DNA from: a virus
Taxonomy: Duplodnaviria > Caudoviricetes
Length of the DNA: 56,835 nucleotides
IMG/VR virus record: IMGVR_UViG_3300001751_000003
Location: 1 to 56,835 of that record
Direction: 5' to 3' (one strand)
Numbering within the stretch: position 1 is the stretch's first letter; every line of letters starts with the position of its first letter. Positions 38,295 through 48,468 of the stretch are shown in pieces. The notes beneath the pieces were generated by a model. That model saw only the letters and a program-made list of their open reading frames with translations, made no database searches and was not told the DNA's origin. The position numbers and the translations under genes were made by a program.

Positions 38295-38669
38295 TTGATT
38301 TTTAGAATAGATTATAAGATAGACTCAGAAAAAAAGAATGATGAAAAATATATTAAAGATATTTATAAAGAATTTTGTCAAAAATATGTTGATCAAATTA
38401 GAAATAAATTGAATTTTAAAAGTGAATTTTTATCGATATTAGATACATCAAATAAGCAAACAACTATTAATGATAATCTGACAGAAAAAGAAATTCAATT
38501 AGAAGAAGCTCAAAATCAAACTATTGATATAATTAGATTTGAAATGGAAATGATTAATCCAGTTATATCAAAAGATATGAGAATTAAAAATAAAAAACCT
38601 AAAATTTCAAGACCTACAATTACAAAAGAAGAATCAATCGAAAGAAAGAGTAAAAGGAAGGTGATATAA
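38295..38669 (+). CDS. Hypothetical protein in the tail module
   Basis: 124-aa ORF between tail genes. Confidence 0.45.
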   Translation: MIFRIDYKIDSEKKNDEKYIKDIYKEFCQKYVDQIRNKLNFKSEFLSILDTSNKQTTINDNLTEKEIQLEEAQNQTIDIIRFEMEMINPVISKDMRIKNKKPKISRPTITKEESIERKSKRKVI

Positions 38670-40447
38670 TGACTGCCTTTAATGATTTTACTGAAATAAC
38701 ATGGAATGATGGTGCTAGTCCTCCGATCAATGCTGCAAATTTAAATGCAATTGAAGGAGTACTTGGTATAACTGATTTGGAATTGGCAAGAAGTAAAAGT
38801 TTTCAATTTAATAAATATTTACAATATTTTAGAAAAAGAAATCAAAAAGATATTTGTTTGTTTAATGAAGATTATACTGTTTACGGTAATGCTAATCCAA
38901 CAGAATGTACTTTATCAAATGAAACAGCCTTAAATATACTTAATGATTTATGTCTAAAAATGACTATTGCCATAAACAATAGTGGATTTTTAGATTCGTC
39001 GATAATTTTATCAAGTGCCTTAGATTTGACAAAATTTTTTGATGAAATCGCTTCAAGTACAGGTGATCATATATTATTAATGTTTTATCTATCTGATATT
39101 GCTGCTTATAGCGGAGGATTAATTTATTTTAATATAGGCAATGGAAGTACTGCTAATACTTATGAGTATGACTTTGATGTTGATGCTTGGGGATTTGACA
39201 CTGGATGGAATGTAGCTTGGGTTCCAAAATCAGATTTTTATGTATGGGCTGGGGCTCCAAATTGGAATAATATTGATTTTGTCCAGATCGAAATTGATTT
39301 TAATGCTGGATATCAAAACGAATATATGTTAGTTCAATTATGTCAAATGAATAGACATGATCCAGATGATAGCGATTATTTTAATGCTTTTCAAAAATAT
39401 TTGGGAAGTGTATCAGGATGGGAAAATAAATTTACACAAGCTTACCCTGTTTGGAGTCTTGTAAATGATGAAGCTGAACAAGTAAATAAATTAGGAATAA
39501 TGAAATTAAACCCTGAAAATTTTGAAGCACCATTTACGCCGGATAATTATAAAAATGGAATGCTTATATATGAAAATGTAAATTGTTTTATTTCTAGATT
39601 TGAATGGATTTGTAAAGAAGCAGGAGAACTTCCATCAATGACATTTTACATTGATTCTACTCATTATGCTGAGGTTTATATTACATCCGATATACTTTAT
39701 TTAAGTGTTGCTAATGGTGGAGCTGCTGTTGATACTACTTGGAGTTTTAGTAATTCATTAGTTAAAAATGAAAAAATTATAATTTATTTTGAAAAACATA
39801 ATGATACATTACGTGTTATTGCTTCAAAACAAGGAGAAATAATTGCTATTTGTGAATATGAGACAACTTTTTCAAGTCCTGGAGATATTTATTTAGGAGT
39901 AAACAATGGATCAAGTTTTGGTATTTTAATAGACTTCTCTATATCTCATAGTATGAGTCAATTAAATCTAGTAAATGAATATAGGCCAACTGTTATAAAA
40001 AAACTTGCTAATGAATCCGTAAGTAGTTCTACAACCTTACAAGATGATAATCATTTATTTGCATATTTAAGACCAAATGAAACATATATAGTCGAATTAT
40101 ATTTAAGAGCTGCATGTACATCCGACGACAGGGATTTACAAGTAGCGTGGGAATTAACTAATTGTGAGCAAATAACTTCTAGGAATGTTATAGGTCCTAG
40201 TGTATCGACAACAAGTACATATGCCTCAAATATTAAGATTAGTTGTTTTGATGCTACGGAAGCAGCAGTATATGGAGTAACACAAGATACAACAAGAACA
40301 GCAAATATACAAGAAACATTCATTATAAAAACTAGAGAGTTTGGTGGTAAAATTCAATTACAATGGGCGCAATATTCAAGCGGCGCACAAAATTTAACTT
40401 TAAGATCAAATTCTTATATGGTATTAACGCCAGTAAATATGCAATAG
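38669..40447 (+). CDS. Tail fibre / receptor-binding protein
   Basis: W.D...PINA.NLN.IE N-terminus; beta-rich aromatic body; TLQDDNHL...IQLQWAQ C-terminus. Confidence 0.65.
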   Translation: MTAFNDFTEITWNDGASPPINAANLNAIEGVLGITDLELARSKSFQFNKYLQYFRKRNQKDICLFNEDYTVYGNANPTECTLSNETALNILNDLCLKMTIAINNSGFLDSSIILSSALDLTKFFDEIASSTGDHILLMFYLSDIAAYSGGLIYFNIGNGSTANTYEYDFDVDAWGFDTGWNVAWVPKSDFYVWAGAPNWNNIDFVQIEIDFNAGYQNEYMLVQLCQMNRHDPDDSDYFNAFQKYLGSVSGWENKFTQAYPVWSLVNDEAEQVNKLGIMKLNPENFEAPFTPDNYKNGMLIYENVNCFISRFEWICKEAGELPSMTFYIDSTHYAEVYITSDILYLSVANGGAAVDTTWSFSNSLVKNEKIIIYFEKHNDTLRVIASKQGEIIAICEYETTFSSPGDIYLGVNNGSSFGILIDFSISHSMSQLNLVNEYRPTVIKKLANESVSSSTTLQDDNHLFAYLRPNETYIVELYLRAACTSDDRDLQVAWELTNCEQITSRNVIGPSVSTTSTYASNIKISCFDATEAAVYGVTQDTTRTANIQETFIIKTREFGGKIQLQWAQYSSGAQNLTLRSNSYMVLTPVNMQ

Positions 40448-40472
40448 TAAAATAAAAAAGGTCGGATAAATT

Positions 40473-40763
40473 ATGCAAAGTATTGATTTATTAGTAAAAA
40501 TAATAGAAATAATTGAAAGAGTAGATAATAAAATTGATAATAACAATGAGCAATTAATAAAGCAAATTGCCGAAAAAATCGAAAAGATAGATAATAAAAT
40601 TGATAGTTGTGTAACAAAAGAAGAATGTAATATAAAATCAAAAGAAAATATTAATATTAGAAAAATTACAGCCCTTGGAGTAATGTTTGGGGCTATAGGT
40701 GGTAGTTTGATTGCCATTATTGACAAGTTAAGAAAATTGATTGAAACATTTATAAAAGGATGA
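40473..40763 (+). CDS. XhlA-like lysis-module membrane protein
   Basis: Coiled coil plus one C-terminal TM helix. Confidence 0.5.
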   Translation: MQSIDLLVKIIEIIERVDNKIDNNNEQLIKQIAEKIEKIDNKIDSCVTKEECNIKSKENINIRKITALGVMFGAIGGSLIAIIDKLRKLIETFIKG

Positions 40764-40769
40764 TTAAAT

Positions 40770-40961
40770 ATGGTAAATATAAAAAAATTATTAAAAAATA
40801 AAAAATTTATAATATCTATAATAACATTGATTTTATTGATATTAAATGAAATAGATGTTATTGATATAGACAGCAATAAAATTGATTCAATTATAGATAT
40901 TGTATTAACCTTGATAGTTTCGGCAGGTTTTCTATTAACTGATTTTAAAAAAACTAAATAA
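40770..40961 (+). CDS. Holin
   Basis: 63 aa, two TM helices, LKNKKF..SII, basic C-terminus. Confidence 0.65.
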   Translation: MVNIKKLLKNKKFIISIITLILLILNEIDVIDIDSNKIDSIIDIVLTLIVSAGFLLTDFKKTK

Positions 40962-41064
40962 TATGTTAAAATTAAATAGTAAAATTAAATAGATGGATGT
41001 TTTTCAAAAGGAAATTTATTGTATATTTGTTATAATTGGTTTTACATTGGTTATGTATTGTACT

Positions 41065-41098
41065 AAAAAAAATGGAGTTTTGAGGTCTCCATTTTTTT
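41065..41098. terminator. Bidirectional terminator between holin and endolysin
   Basis: A-tract-tggag / ctcca-T-tract. Confidence 0.65.
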
Positions 41099-41113
41099 AA
41101 TGTAATTTTTTAA

Positions 41114-41803
41114 TTATTTAATATATTTATCTTTAAATCTATGTAATATATGAAATGATTGCTCAACAGTTAGACTTTGGTTTGATCCGTAGTCAGTTCT
41201 AGTTGTTAGTCCTTCGCCATACGCCCACTTAGTATAAGGCATATCTGGATATACTTCCGAAGTTTTATAAGTTATTCCTAATTGACTTAATGTAGCCTTT
41301 GCAAGTTCTATTCCAATGCTTTTTATATTATTTATTATCCACAGGGCATCACTTGCGTTATCATGAAAAGCTACCTCAACTAAAGCCGCTGGCGCTACTG
41401 TATAAGCTACCTCATACATATGTTTTCCAGTTCCATAGTAATTATAACCGGCTTTTATTCCTCTGTCACTTGTTGGAGTAATTTTAGATATATTAGAATA
41501 TATCTTTTTTGCAAATTTATGGCCCGTTGACTCATTTAGTTTATAACAAAAAACTTCGCACCCACTACCTCCACCAGCATTGGAATGTATTGCTAAATGC
41601 AAGTTTGGATTTTTATTATTACTGTCTGAAACTATTTGAGATAGTGACATTGTCTTTGTTGCCTTATAGACAGTAACTCCATGTCTTTTAAGCTCAGAAT
41701 AAACAATATCGCCGATTTGGTGCATCCGGTATTCTTCCGTACCATAATTACCTATTCCCTTGTTATCTTCTTGTGTTGATGGACTTATATAAACCTTTGC
41801 CAT
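41114..41803 (-). CDS. N-acetylmuramoyl-L-alanine amidase (Amidase_3), probable endolysin
   Basis: KVYISPS.Q, TEE, LAIHSNA, G.EVF, ALVEVAFHDN. Confidence 0.85.
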   Translation of the reverse strand: MAKVYISPSTQEDNKGIGNYGTEEYRMHQIGDIVYSELKRHGVTVYKATKTMSLSQIVSDSNNKNPNLHLAIHSNAGGGSGCEVFCYKLNESTGHKFAKKIYSNISKITPTSDRGIKAGYNYYGTGKHMYEVAYTVAPAALVEVAFHDNASDALWIINNIKSIGIELAKATLSQLGITYKTSEVYPDMPYTKWAYGEGLTTRTDYGSNQSLTVEQSFHILHRFKDKYIK

Positions 41804-41913
41804 TTTTTTTAACCTTCTTTCTTTTTTATTTTTTAGGAAAACATTCATTATATTTATAACAATGCCAACATTGGTCATCCTCAATTTCTTAATTTATTAT
41901 AGGACAAATTTAA

Positions 41914-42192
41914 TCATTGATTATCATCTTCTTTTTTATCAAATTTATCTTTAATGGATCTTAAAAAATTAAAATCTTTTTTAAGATTATAAGTTCCTTC
42001 TTTTAATTCTTTTATTGTATTTTCAGAATTTTTGGATAAATCTTTTGTTATTTTTAAAAATTTCTCATACTCAAAATGACATCTTATTGTTTTATATATT
42101 ATATATACAACCGATGAAATAATTAATGCCGCATATATAGGAATAATTATAAATGTATTCATAATCAAAAAATCTATTAACCAATTTTTCAT
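41914..42192 (-). CDS. Small membrane protein
   Basis: N-terminal TM helix; start overlaps the RHH stop (ATGA). Confidence 0.55.
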   Translation of the reverse strand: MKNWLIDFLIMNTFIIIPIYAALIISSVVYIIYKTIRCHFEYEKFLKITKDLSKNSENTIKELKEGTYNLKKDFNFLRSIKDKFDKKEDDNQ

Positions 42193-42359
42193 TTTCTATA
42201 AATCTCCTTATTTATATTATTTACTTTAATATACAGCTCTATTGCTTTTTTTATCTCTGTCTTTATCCTTGTTTTTTTTTTGGTACAAATAACTTTAAAT
42301 TGAATATATAAATCATCTGGAATTTTTACATTTAAAGATGTTTCATTTACATCATTCAA
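42189..42359 (-). CDS. Ribbon-helix-helix (Arc/ParG-like) protein, 56 aa, not in the ORF track
   Basis: TTG start after AGGAGG; TSLNVKIPDDLYIQFKVICTKKKTRIKTEIKKAIELYI. Confidence 0.7.
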   Translation of the reverse strand: MNDVNETSLNVKIPDDLYIQFKVICTKKKTRIKTEIKKAIELYIKVNNINKEIYRK

Positions 42360-42382
42360 TTTAACCCACCTCCTGTATATAT

Positions 42383-42411
42383 ATTATAGGACTATTTTGT
42401 TTAAATGTCAA
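42383..42411 (-). promoter_or_regulatory. Consensus sigmaA promoter for the RHH-membrane protein-amidase unit
   Basis: TTGACA-17-TATAAT on the minus strand. Confidence 0.8.
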
Positions 42412-42496
42412 AGCAAAATATTTTACTAAAATGTCTAGACATTTTTATCGATTTATTATAAAATTAAGCTATAAAATAAAGATTAGGAGGCGTTTT

Positions 42497-43543
42497 ATGT
42501 ATAACAATCAATTGATAAAAAAACAATGTGAGGTTAGTTACGATAGTGAAAATGGAAGAGTAGAATTAAATTTGGACATAGTAAGAAATGTAATTGCCAA
42601 GGGAAATGATTTCTCGGATATGGAAATATTCTCTTTTGTAAAACTTTGTCAATATCAAAGACTAAACCCATTTTTGGGGGAAGCTCATTTGATAAAGTTT
42701 GGTGATAAAGTTCAAATGGTGGTTGGAATAGATGTATTCACAAATAGGCTTGACGAACATCCTTTATGTGAAGGTTGGAAAGCTGGATTAATAGTTGAAT
42801 GTAATGATGAATTGATAGAAAGAGAAGGAACTTTCTATAGAAAAAATAAAGAACAGATAGTTGGAGCTTGGTTTAAATGTAAAAGAAGTGATTGGAACCA
42901 AGAATTTCCATGGACCGTTACTCTTGATGAATATTTCAGAACATATTATGACAAGAATTCAGGCAAGACTAAACCAATGAGAAATTGGGCGGAAATGCCT
43001 GCAACAATGCTTGTTAAGTGTGTTATAGCTTCAGGAGCAAGAAAGATATTTACTAAAGATTTCAAGGGAACATATAGTAATGAGGAAATCGGTGCAGAAA
43101 TCAACGGCGATAATATTATTGATATACCTCTAGATGATAAAAATAAAAAGACTACTAATAATAATACAAAATCTTTATTTGTTGATAAAAATGATATTGA
43201 TAGAATGTACAAGGCTATGAAGTCAGACATAGTAAAATTAAATTCAGAGGAAGAGTATAAAATCATTGAATATGTAATCAAAGCATTAATTAAAAAGAAT
43301 CAATTAAAAGAAAAAACTGAAATTAGTAAGATTCCTAAAAATATGGTTGAAACAATGATTCTAGGAATAAAACAAACAATAGAGCTTGCCGAAAAGAAAG
43401 AAAAAGAAAAAAATAATGATCAAAAAATAATTGAAATGGAATATACCCCTGTTGATTCTAAAAATACTCAAAAAACTAATGATAATAAAGATGAAAAAGA
43501 TAATAATGGGGGCAATGTAAAAGATGAAAAGACTAAAAAATAA
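42497..43543 (+). CDS. bet: Bet/RecT single-strand annealing recombinase
   Basis: F.KLC.YQ.LNPF..EAHLIKFG, VVGID, GAW, W..MPATML.K. Confidence 0.85.
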   Translation: MYNNQLIKKQCEVSYDSENGRVELNLDIVRNVIAKGNDFSDMEIFSFVKLCQYQRLNPFLGEAHLIKFGDKVQMVVGIDVFTNRLDEHPLCEGWKAGLIVECNDELIEREGTFYRKNKEQIVGAWFKCKRSDWNQEFPWTVTLDEYFRTYYDKNSGKTKPMRNWAEMPATMLVKCVIASGARKIFTKDFKGTYSNEEIGAEINGDNIIDIPLDDKNKKTTNNNTKSLFVDKNDIDRMYKAMKSDIVKLNSEEEYKIIEYVIKALIKKNQLKEKTEISKIPKNMVETMILGIKQTIELAEKKEKEKNNDQKIIEMEYTPVDSKNTQKTNDNKDEKDNNGGNVKDEKTKK

Positions 43544-43703
43544 AAAGAAATATAAAAGAATTGTTTTTAAGTCTGGAAATAGCTTAGTTATTGCTATTCC
43601 TTCGAAACTAAGAAAAATAACTAATATATCCGAAAAAGACATATTAAATATTTATGAAGAAGATCAAAAAATCATATTGGAAAGGACGATACTAAATGAA
43701 TAA
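43524..43703 (+). CDS. AbrB/MazE/SpoVT-family protein (59 aa, not in the ORF track)
   Basis: KSGNSLVIAIPSKLRK...I...D.L.I. Confidence 0.7.
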   Translation: MKRLKNKKKYKRIVFKSGNSLVIAIPSKLRKITNISEKDILNIYEEDQKIILERTILNE

Positions 43704-44015
43704 ATCAATTAAAAAAAACTCTATAAATCTAAATGATGATTCTATGAAGTTAATATTTGCAAAAAAAATCAACTTCATAGAATTTAAAAATTGGTATTTC
43801 AAAAATTTAAAAAAAATCAAAATTTCTGAATACTTAACAATATCAGAAATAATGTTTAAAAATTATCTATTAAATCCAAATGCAAATATATCAAAAATTA
43901 TCTTATTTTACAATATTTATAGAATAAGAAAAAAAATATTAAATATATTATAAAATTAAAAATATGTAACATCATAAATAAAAGGGGGCAAATTTGTCTC
44001 CTTTTAACATTTTTG

Positions 44016-44044
44016 TTGACAGTATTGATTCCACGTAATATAAT
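44016..44044 (+). promoter_or_regulatory. Consensus sigmaA early promoter, copy 2
   Basis: TTGACA-17-TATAAT within TTCCACGTAATATAATTATAGTATA. Confidence 0.85.
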
Positions 44045-44085
44045 TATAGTATATTGAAAAAATAAATTAACTCAGGAGGATTATT

Positions 44086-47000
44086 ATGGAAAAAATAAAA
44101 ATTGATATTCAAAATGAAATATATTCAAATGGTGATTTTCATATCTATGCAGGTTGGATGGGTAGTGAGTCAGTCAGCGTGAAAGTTGACGGATTCGAGC
44201 TTGCCGATGGGGAAAAGACATTGGTTGGAATAATGGGAAATTATAAGGGTCAAAAATCTTTTCAATGTAAGTATGAAGAATTTGACTATAATTCAAAACA
44301 AGCTAAAAGCAATTTGCTTTGTTCAATACCGGGAATCAAACAAAAAACAGCGAAAAGAATCTTAGATCAAGTCGAAGATATAAATATTTATAAAACAGAT
44401 GACTATCCTAAAATAAAAGGTATTGGAGCAGGAACAGTTTTATTAATTCGAGAAGGTTTACAAAAGTTAGAATCAATGGAGACTTTTAAGGAATTAAATA
44501 TGATGTTAGGCGATAAGATCAGTCCGACCAAAATAAAATCAATCAATGAATTAGTCGAAAACTTAGAGCATGGCCTTGATGAATTTAAACTTAATCCATA
44601 CAAAATCTTAATTGAAAATGCTGATTTTGGCTTTAAAGCTGCTGATAAAATCGGCTTAGGAGTTGGCGTAAAAGTAGATAATCCTATTCGACTTAAATAT
44701 TTGGTTGAATATGTAGTTAAATATTATACTAGTATGGGAAATTGTTATATCTTAAAAGATGATTTGTTAGATAAATTATCTTCTTTAAATATAAGAAATG
44801 TGGATCAATTTGTCGAAGAAAATGAAAGATTGGAAATTGATGGTGAAAAAGTTTATACAAAAGATATGTTTGAAGCTGAGACTAGAATTCCTTATCATTT
44901 AAGAAAAATTCAAGAACAAAAAACAGATATTAAGATGTTAGATAAATATGATATAGATGAATTGATAAAAGATTTTGAAAAAATTAATAAAATGAAATTT
45001 GATAAAATGCAAATTGAAGGTATAAAAAATATTGTTAATAATAAAGTAAGTATTTTAACAGGTGGAGCAGGTTGCGTTGATTGTGACACCGAATTTTTCA
45101 ATGGACATAAATGGAAAAAAATTAGTGAATATCAAAAAGGCGAAAAAGTTTTACAATATAATCATTTTGGTAATTCTAATTTAGTTTATCCTTTAGAATA
45201 TCATAAATATAAGTCTGAATATTTGTGGCATTTTAAAACTAATAGAGGTTTAGATCAATGTTTAAGTGATGAACATAATGTTATTTATATGACATCAAAA
45301 GATAATTTATATCGCAAATCTTTTAAAGATATAAGAATAAATCATGAAGCTACAAAAGGATTTAGAGGAAAATTTCTAACAACTTTTAATTATTCTGGAA
45401 CAGGTCTTTATTTTAACGAATTTGAAATTAGATTACAAGTAGCGATAAAAGCTGATGGATGTTTGAGAAATGAAAATACTTATCATTGGGAATTTAATTT
45501 AAAAAAACAAAGGAAAATAAATAGATTAAGAATGTTACTTAATAAATGTAATATTACTTATACTGAGACAAAACAAAAAACAGAATATACAAGATTTTAT
45601 TTTAATTATTATACTTCAAAAATATTTGATTCTGAATGGTATTTATGTAATAAAGAACAATTTAATTATATTTTTGATGAAGTTACACAATGGGATGCAA
45701 GATATAAAATTAGAAATGATTTCTCATCTACAATAAAAGAAAATGCTGATTTTATACAATTTGTTGGATCTTCTTTAGGATATAGGACTAATATTTCTAT
45801 TTTAGATAGAGTAGGAACTAAAAAAAATAATAATTATGAATATAAATCTATTGAATATATAGTGCATTTTTCAAAACACACTTTAATTAGTTTTACTCAA
45901 GAAAGAGAAAATCATATTAAAACTAAAATAAATAAATATAAAACAAAAGATAATTATAAATATTGTTTTACAGTACCATCAAATAAATTAATCTTAAGAA
46001 GAAATAATAAAATATTTATTACTGGTAACAGTGGTAAAACTACTCTTTTGAAGTGTGCATTATTTATTTTAAAAGAATTAAATTTTCGTCCTTTCTTAAC
46101 CGCTCCGACTGGAAAAGCTTCAAGAAGAATGGAGCAAGCAACTGGATCATTGGCAACAACAATACATAGATTTTTAAATGTTGCTGAAGATTCTGGAACT
46201 CATCGACAATCTGTAATGGTTGTTGATGAGTTTTCAATGGTTGATACGGAATTATTTTATGATTTATTAAGAACGATGGAGGATTCACCAATTGACTTTA
46301 AAAAGTTAATTCTTGTTGGTGATCCGGGACAATTGCCAAGCGTTCAACCCGGAAACTGTTTACATGATTTAATTGAATCAAAGATAATATCATGTGTAAA
46401 ACTTCAAAAAGTTTTTCGTCAAAAAGGGGATTCAAACATAATTGATATTGCAACAAAAATTAATAAAAATGAATGTTTTGACTTATCTATTAAAAAGAAA
46501 GATTTTTATTGCAAACAAGTGAATGATTCTACTTGTAAGGATTCAATATTATATTTCTTCAATTATCTTTTAGAAAAATATGAAGACATTGACAGGTTTT
46601 ATTCTGAAGTTCAATTTATTGCACCAATTAAAAAGGGTGCTACTGGTGTTAACAATATAAATGAAATGTTGAAAAAACAAATAAATCCTGTAAAGGAAAA
46701 AGATAAGTTGTCAAAATGGTTTCCCTTTGATAAGGGCGACAAGATCATGTGCATAAAAAATGATAGAGAAAACGAAATTATGAATGGTGAAAGTGGTCGT
46801 ATCTCGGATGAAGATAAAACAACATTTTCTGTATATTACAAAGATTTGGATAGAACTGTTTGCTATAAGAAAAATTCTGAGACTGTTAAAAATTTTCAAT
46901 TAGCTTATTGTTCTACAATACACAAACTTCAAGGCTCAGAATTTAGATATATCGTTATTGTAATGAATCAAGATTCACCTTTTATGGATTCTCGTATTTT

Positions 47001-47148
47001 ATATACAGGAATAACCAGAGGGAAGCAAACAGTTATTTATCTATCAAACAAACAAACAACCGAGAAAGTTGTCGCAAGAAATAACAGAGAAAAAAGAAAT
47101 ACATTCTTAAAGGAACGAATGATTTCAGAATTCAAGGAGGATTTCTAA
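44086..47148 (+). CDS. recD2: RecD2-like SF1B helicase containing an intein
   Basis: HhH motifs, NPY, GFK.AD; spliced Walker A GGAG/SGKT; APTGKA, VVDEFSM, VGD..QLPSV, TIHKLQGSEF, YTGITRGK. Confidence 0.92.
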   Translation: MEKIKIDIQNEIYSNGDFHIYAGWMGSESVSVKVDGFELADGEKTLVGIMGNYKGQKSFQCKYEEFDYNSKQAKSNLLCSIPGIKQKTAKRILDQVEDINIYKTDDYPKIKGIGAGTVLLIREGLQKLESMETFKELNMMLGDKISPTKIKSINELVENLEHGLDEFKLNPYKILIENADFGFKAADKIGLGVGVKVDNPIRLKYLVEYVVKYYTSMGNCYILKDDLLDKLSSLNIRNVDQFVEENERLEIDGEKVYTKDMFEAETRIPYHLRKIQEQKTDIKMLDKYDIDELIKDFEKINKMKFDKMQIEGIKNIVNNKVSILTGGAGCVDCDTEFFNGHKWKKISEYQKGEKVLQYNHFGNSNLVYPLEYHKYKSEYLWHFKTNRGLDQCLSDEHNVIYMTSKDNLYRKSFKDIRINHEATKGFRGKFLTTFNYSGTGLYFNEFEIRLQVAIKADGCLRNENTYHWEFNLKKQRKINRLRMLLNKCNITYTETKQKTEYTRFYFNYYTSKIFDSEWYLCNKEQFNYIFDEVTQWDARYKIRNDFSSTIKENADFIQFVGSSLGYRTNISILDRVGTKKNNNYEYKSIEYIVHFSKHTLISFTQERENHIKTKINKYKTKDNYKYCFTVPSNKLILRRNNKIFITGNSGKTTLLKCALFILKELNFRPFLTAPTGKASRRMEQATGSLATTIHRFLNVAEDSGTHRQSVMVVDEFSMVDTELFYDLLRTMEDSPIDFKKLILVGDPGQLPSVQPGNCLHDLIESKIISCVKLQKVFRQKGDSNIIDIATKINKNECFDLSIKKKDFYCKQVNDSTCKDSILYFFNYLLEKYEDIDRFYSEVQFIAPIKKGATGVNNINEMLKKQINPVKEKDKLSKWFPFDKGDKIMCIKNDRENEIMNGESGRISDEDKTTFSVYYKDLDRTVCYKKNSETVKNFQLAYCSTIHKLQGSEFRYIVIVMNQDSPFMDSRILYTGITRGKQTVIYLSNKQTTEKVVARNNREKRNTFLKERMISEFKEDF
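45073..46029 (+). mobile_element. Intein (319 aa) with a probable LAGLIDADG homing endonuclease, inserted in Walker A
   Basis: Starts CVDCDTEF, ends YCFTVPS...FITGN followed by Ser; internal VAIKADG motif. Confidence 0.88.
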
Positions 47149-47149
47149 G

Positions 47150-47593
47150 ATGAAAATATCAAGAGTTATGCAATATACAATTAATGACGTTCAAATTGGC
47201 GATATTATCGCCTTGAACGTTTGGCAATATCATGAATATATAATTATTATTGGTGAAATAATAAAAATTGAAGGTAATTATATAAGAATCAAGGATAATA
47301 ACTCTAATGAATATCAAGAAAATGCTAGACATATAGATATTGAAAAGACTATTGAACTTAATAATAATAAAGATAATTATATTAATAAACTTGAAACAAT
47401 AGAAAATACTTTAAATGAAACTATCAAGTTAATTAATTTAGAATTAAATGATCTTAAAAGCTATTTTAGTATTAAAGGTAAATACGGTTATGAAAGAAAA
47501 ATCAATGAAATTAGGGATTATTTAAAAATAACATCTTTAGATAATGTTATTACAAAAATAAAACAAGTTTGTAGTTATTTAAGAATATATTAA
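47150..47593 (+). CDS. Hypothetical protein
   Basis: 147-aa ORF with AAGGAGG RBS. Confidence 0.5.
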   Translation: MKISRVMQYTINDVQIGDIIALNVWQYHEYIIIIGEIIKIEGNYIRIKDNNSNEYQENARHIDIEKTIELNNNKDNYINKLETIENTLNETIKLINLELNDLKSYFSIKGKYGYERKINEIRDYLKITSLDNVITKIKQVCSYLRIY

Positions 47594-47846
47594 AAGGGAA
47601 GTTCTTAGCTTCCTTTTTAATTGAAAGTAGAAGGAGATTAAATATGGATACTCTTATAACACTTATTGAAAGATTAGAAAATGAAATAAAAATTTTGGAA
47701 AATAATATAAACTCATTAAGAGAAAATAATAAAATGCTATTAGATCAAAGAAATGAATATATAGAACTTGTAGAAGAACAAAGGGAAATTATAAAAAAAT
47801 TGAGAAAAAAATATTAACAATTAAAAAAAGATAGGAGTAAAAAGCA

Positions 47847-48086
47847 ATGAAAACAAGAAGAATACGGACAATGAATAATAAATTAAAACATTATCGGGTT
47901 TGGAAAAATAGAACTCAAAAAGAACTATCTGAAGAATTAAGTATAAGTTTTAACTTAATTCAAAAAATTGAGAATTATAATCATTATCCAAAATATCAAG
48001 TAAGAAAAAAACTATGTGATTATTTTGGAATTAACCAAGACCAATTATTTATATTAGATCAGAAAGAGGATGATATTAATGACTGA
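47847..48086 (+). CDS. XRE-family HTH regulator
   Basis: LKHYR....TQKELS..L.IS...I.KIEN....P......L..YFG....LF. Confidence 0.8.
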   Translation: MKTRRIRTMNNKLKHYRVWKNRTQKELSEELSISFNLIQKIENYNHYPKYQVRKKLCDYFGINQDQLFILDQKEDDIND

Positions 48087-48468
48087 AAAAGAAAAGTTTT
48101 TTGAAGCTTTAAAAGATGATAAAAAAAGAGATAAAGTTTTTAAATTTTTGATAGAATCATCCGCAAAAAGAAAGATTGAAGAATTTAAAAAAAATACAGG
48201 ATATTCTTTAGATGAATTTTTTATTTTATTAGCTGAAGATAAAATAAAAATCATAGAAATAGATAATAAGATTCTTTATAAATGTCAATGTGGAACTAGC
48301 CATATGATTTATAGGAAAGAGGAATCAATAAATTGTTTTGAGTTAAGAAATCAATTAGATCCATCAAGTGTTAAAAATATCCCATTTACAGAATATTTTC
48401 ATTGTTTTAAATGCGGACAAAGAGCTGCAATTTATGGAGAAATAAAAAAAATTGAGGTGATATTTTGA
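48070..48468 (+). CDS. Zinc-ribbon hypothetical protein
   Basis: CQCG and CFKCG motifs. Confidence 0.5.
   Translation: MILMTEKEKFFEALKDDKKRDKVFKFLIESSAKRKIEEFKKNTGYSLDEFFILLAEDKIKIIEIDNKILYKCQCGTSHMIYRKEESINCFELRNQLDPSSVKNIPFTEYFHCFKCGQRAAIYGEIKKIEVIF

Noticed and set aside
38669-40447. Diversity-generating retroelement target in the tail fibre
   Set aside because: No reverse transcriptase and no template/variable repeat pair seen
41335-41343. DnaA box TTATCCACA
   Set aside because: Single copy inside the amidase gene, far from the putative origin; expected by chance
43524-43953. AbrB/MazE plus downstream ORF as a toxin-antitoxin pair
   Set aside because: The 85-aa downstream ORF shows no PIN, MazF or Doc motif that I can recognise
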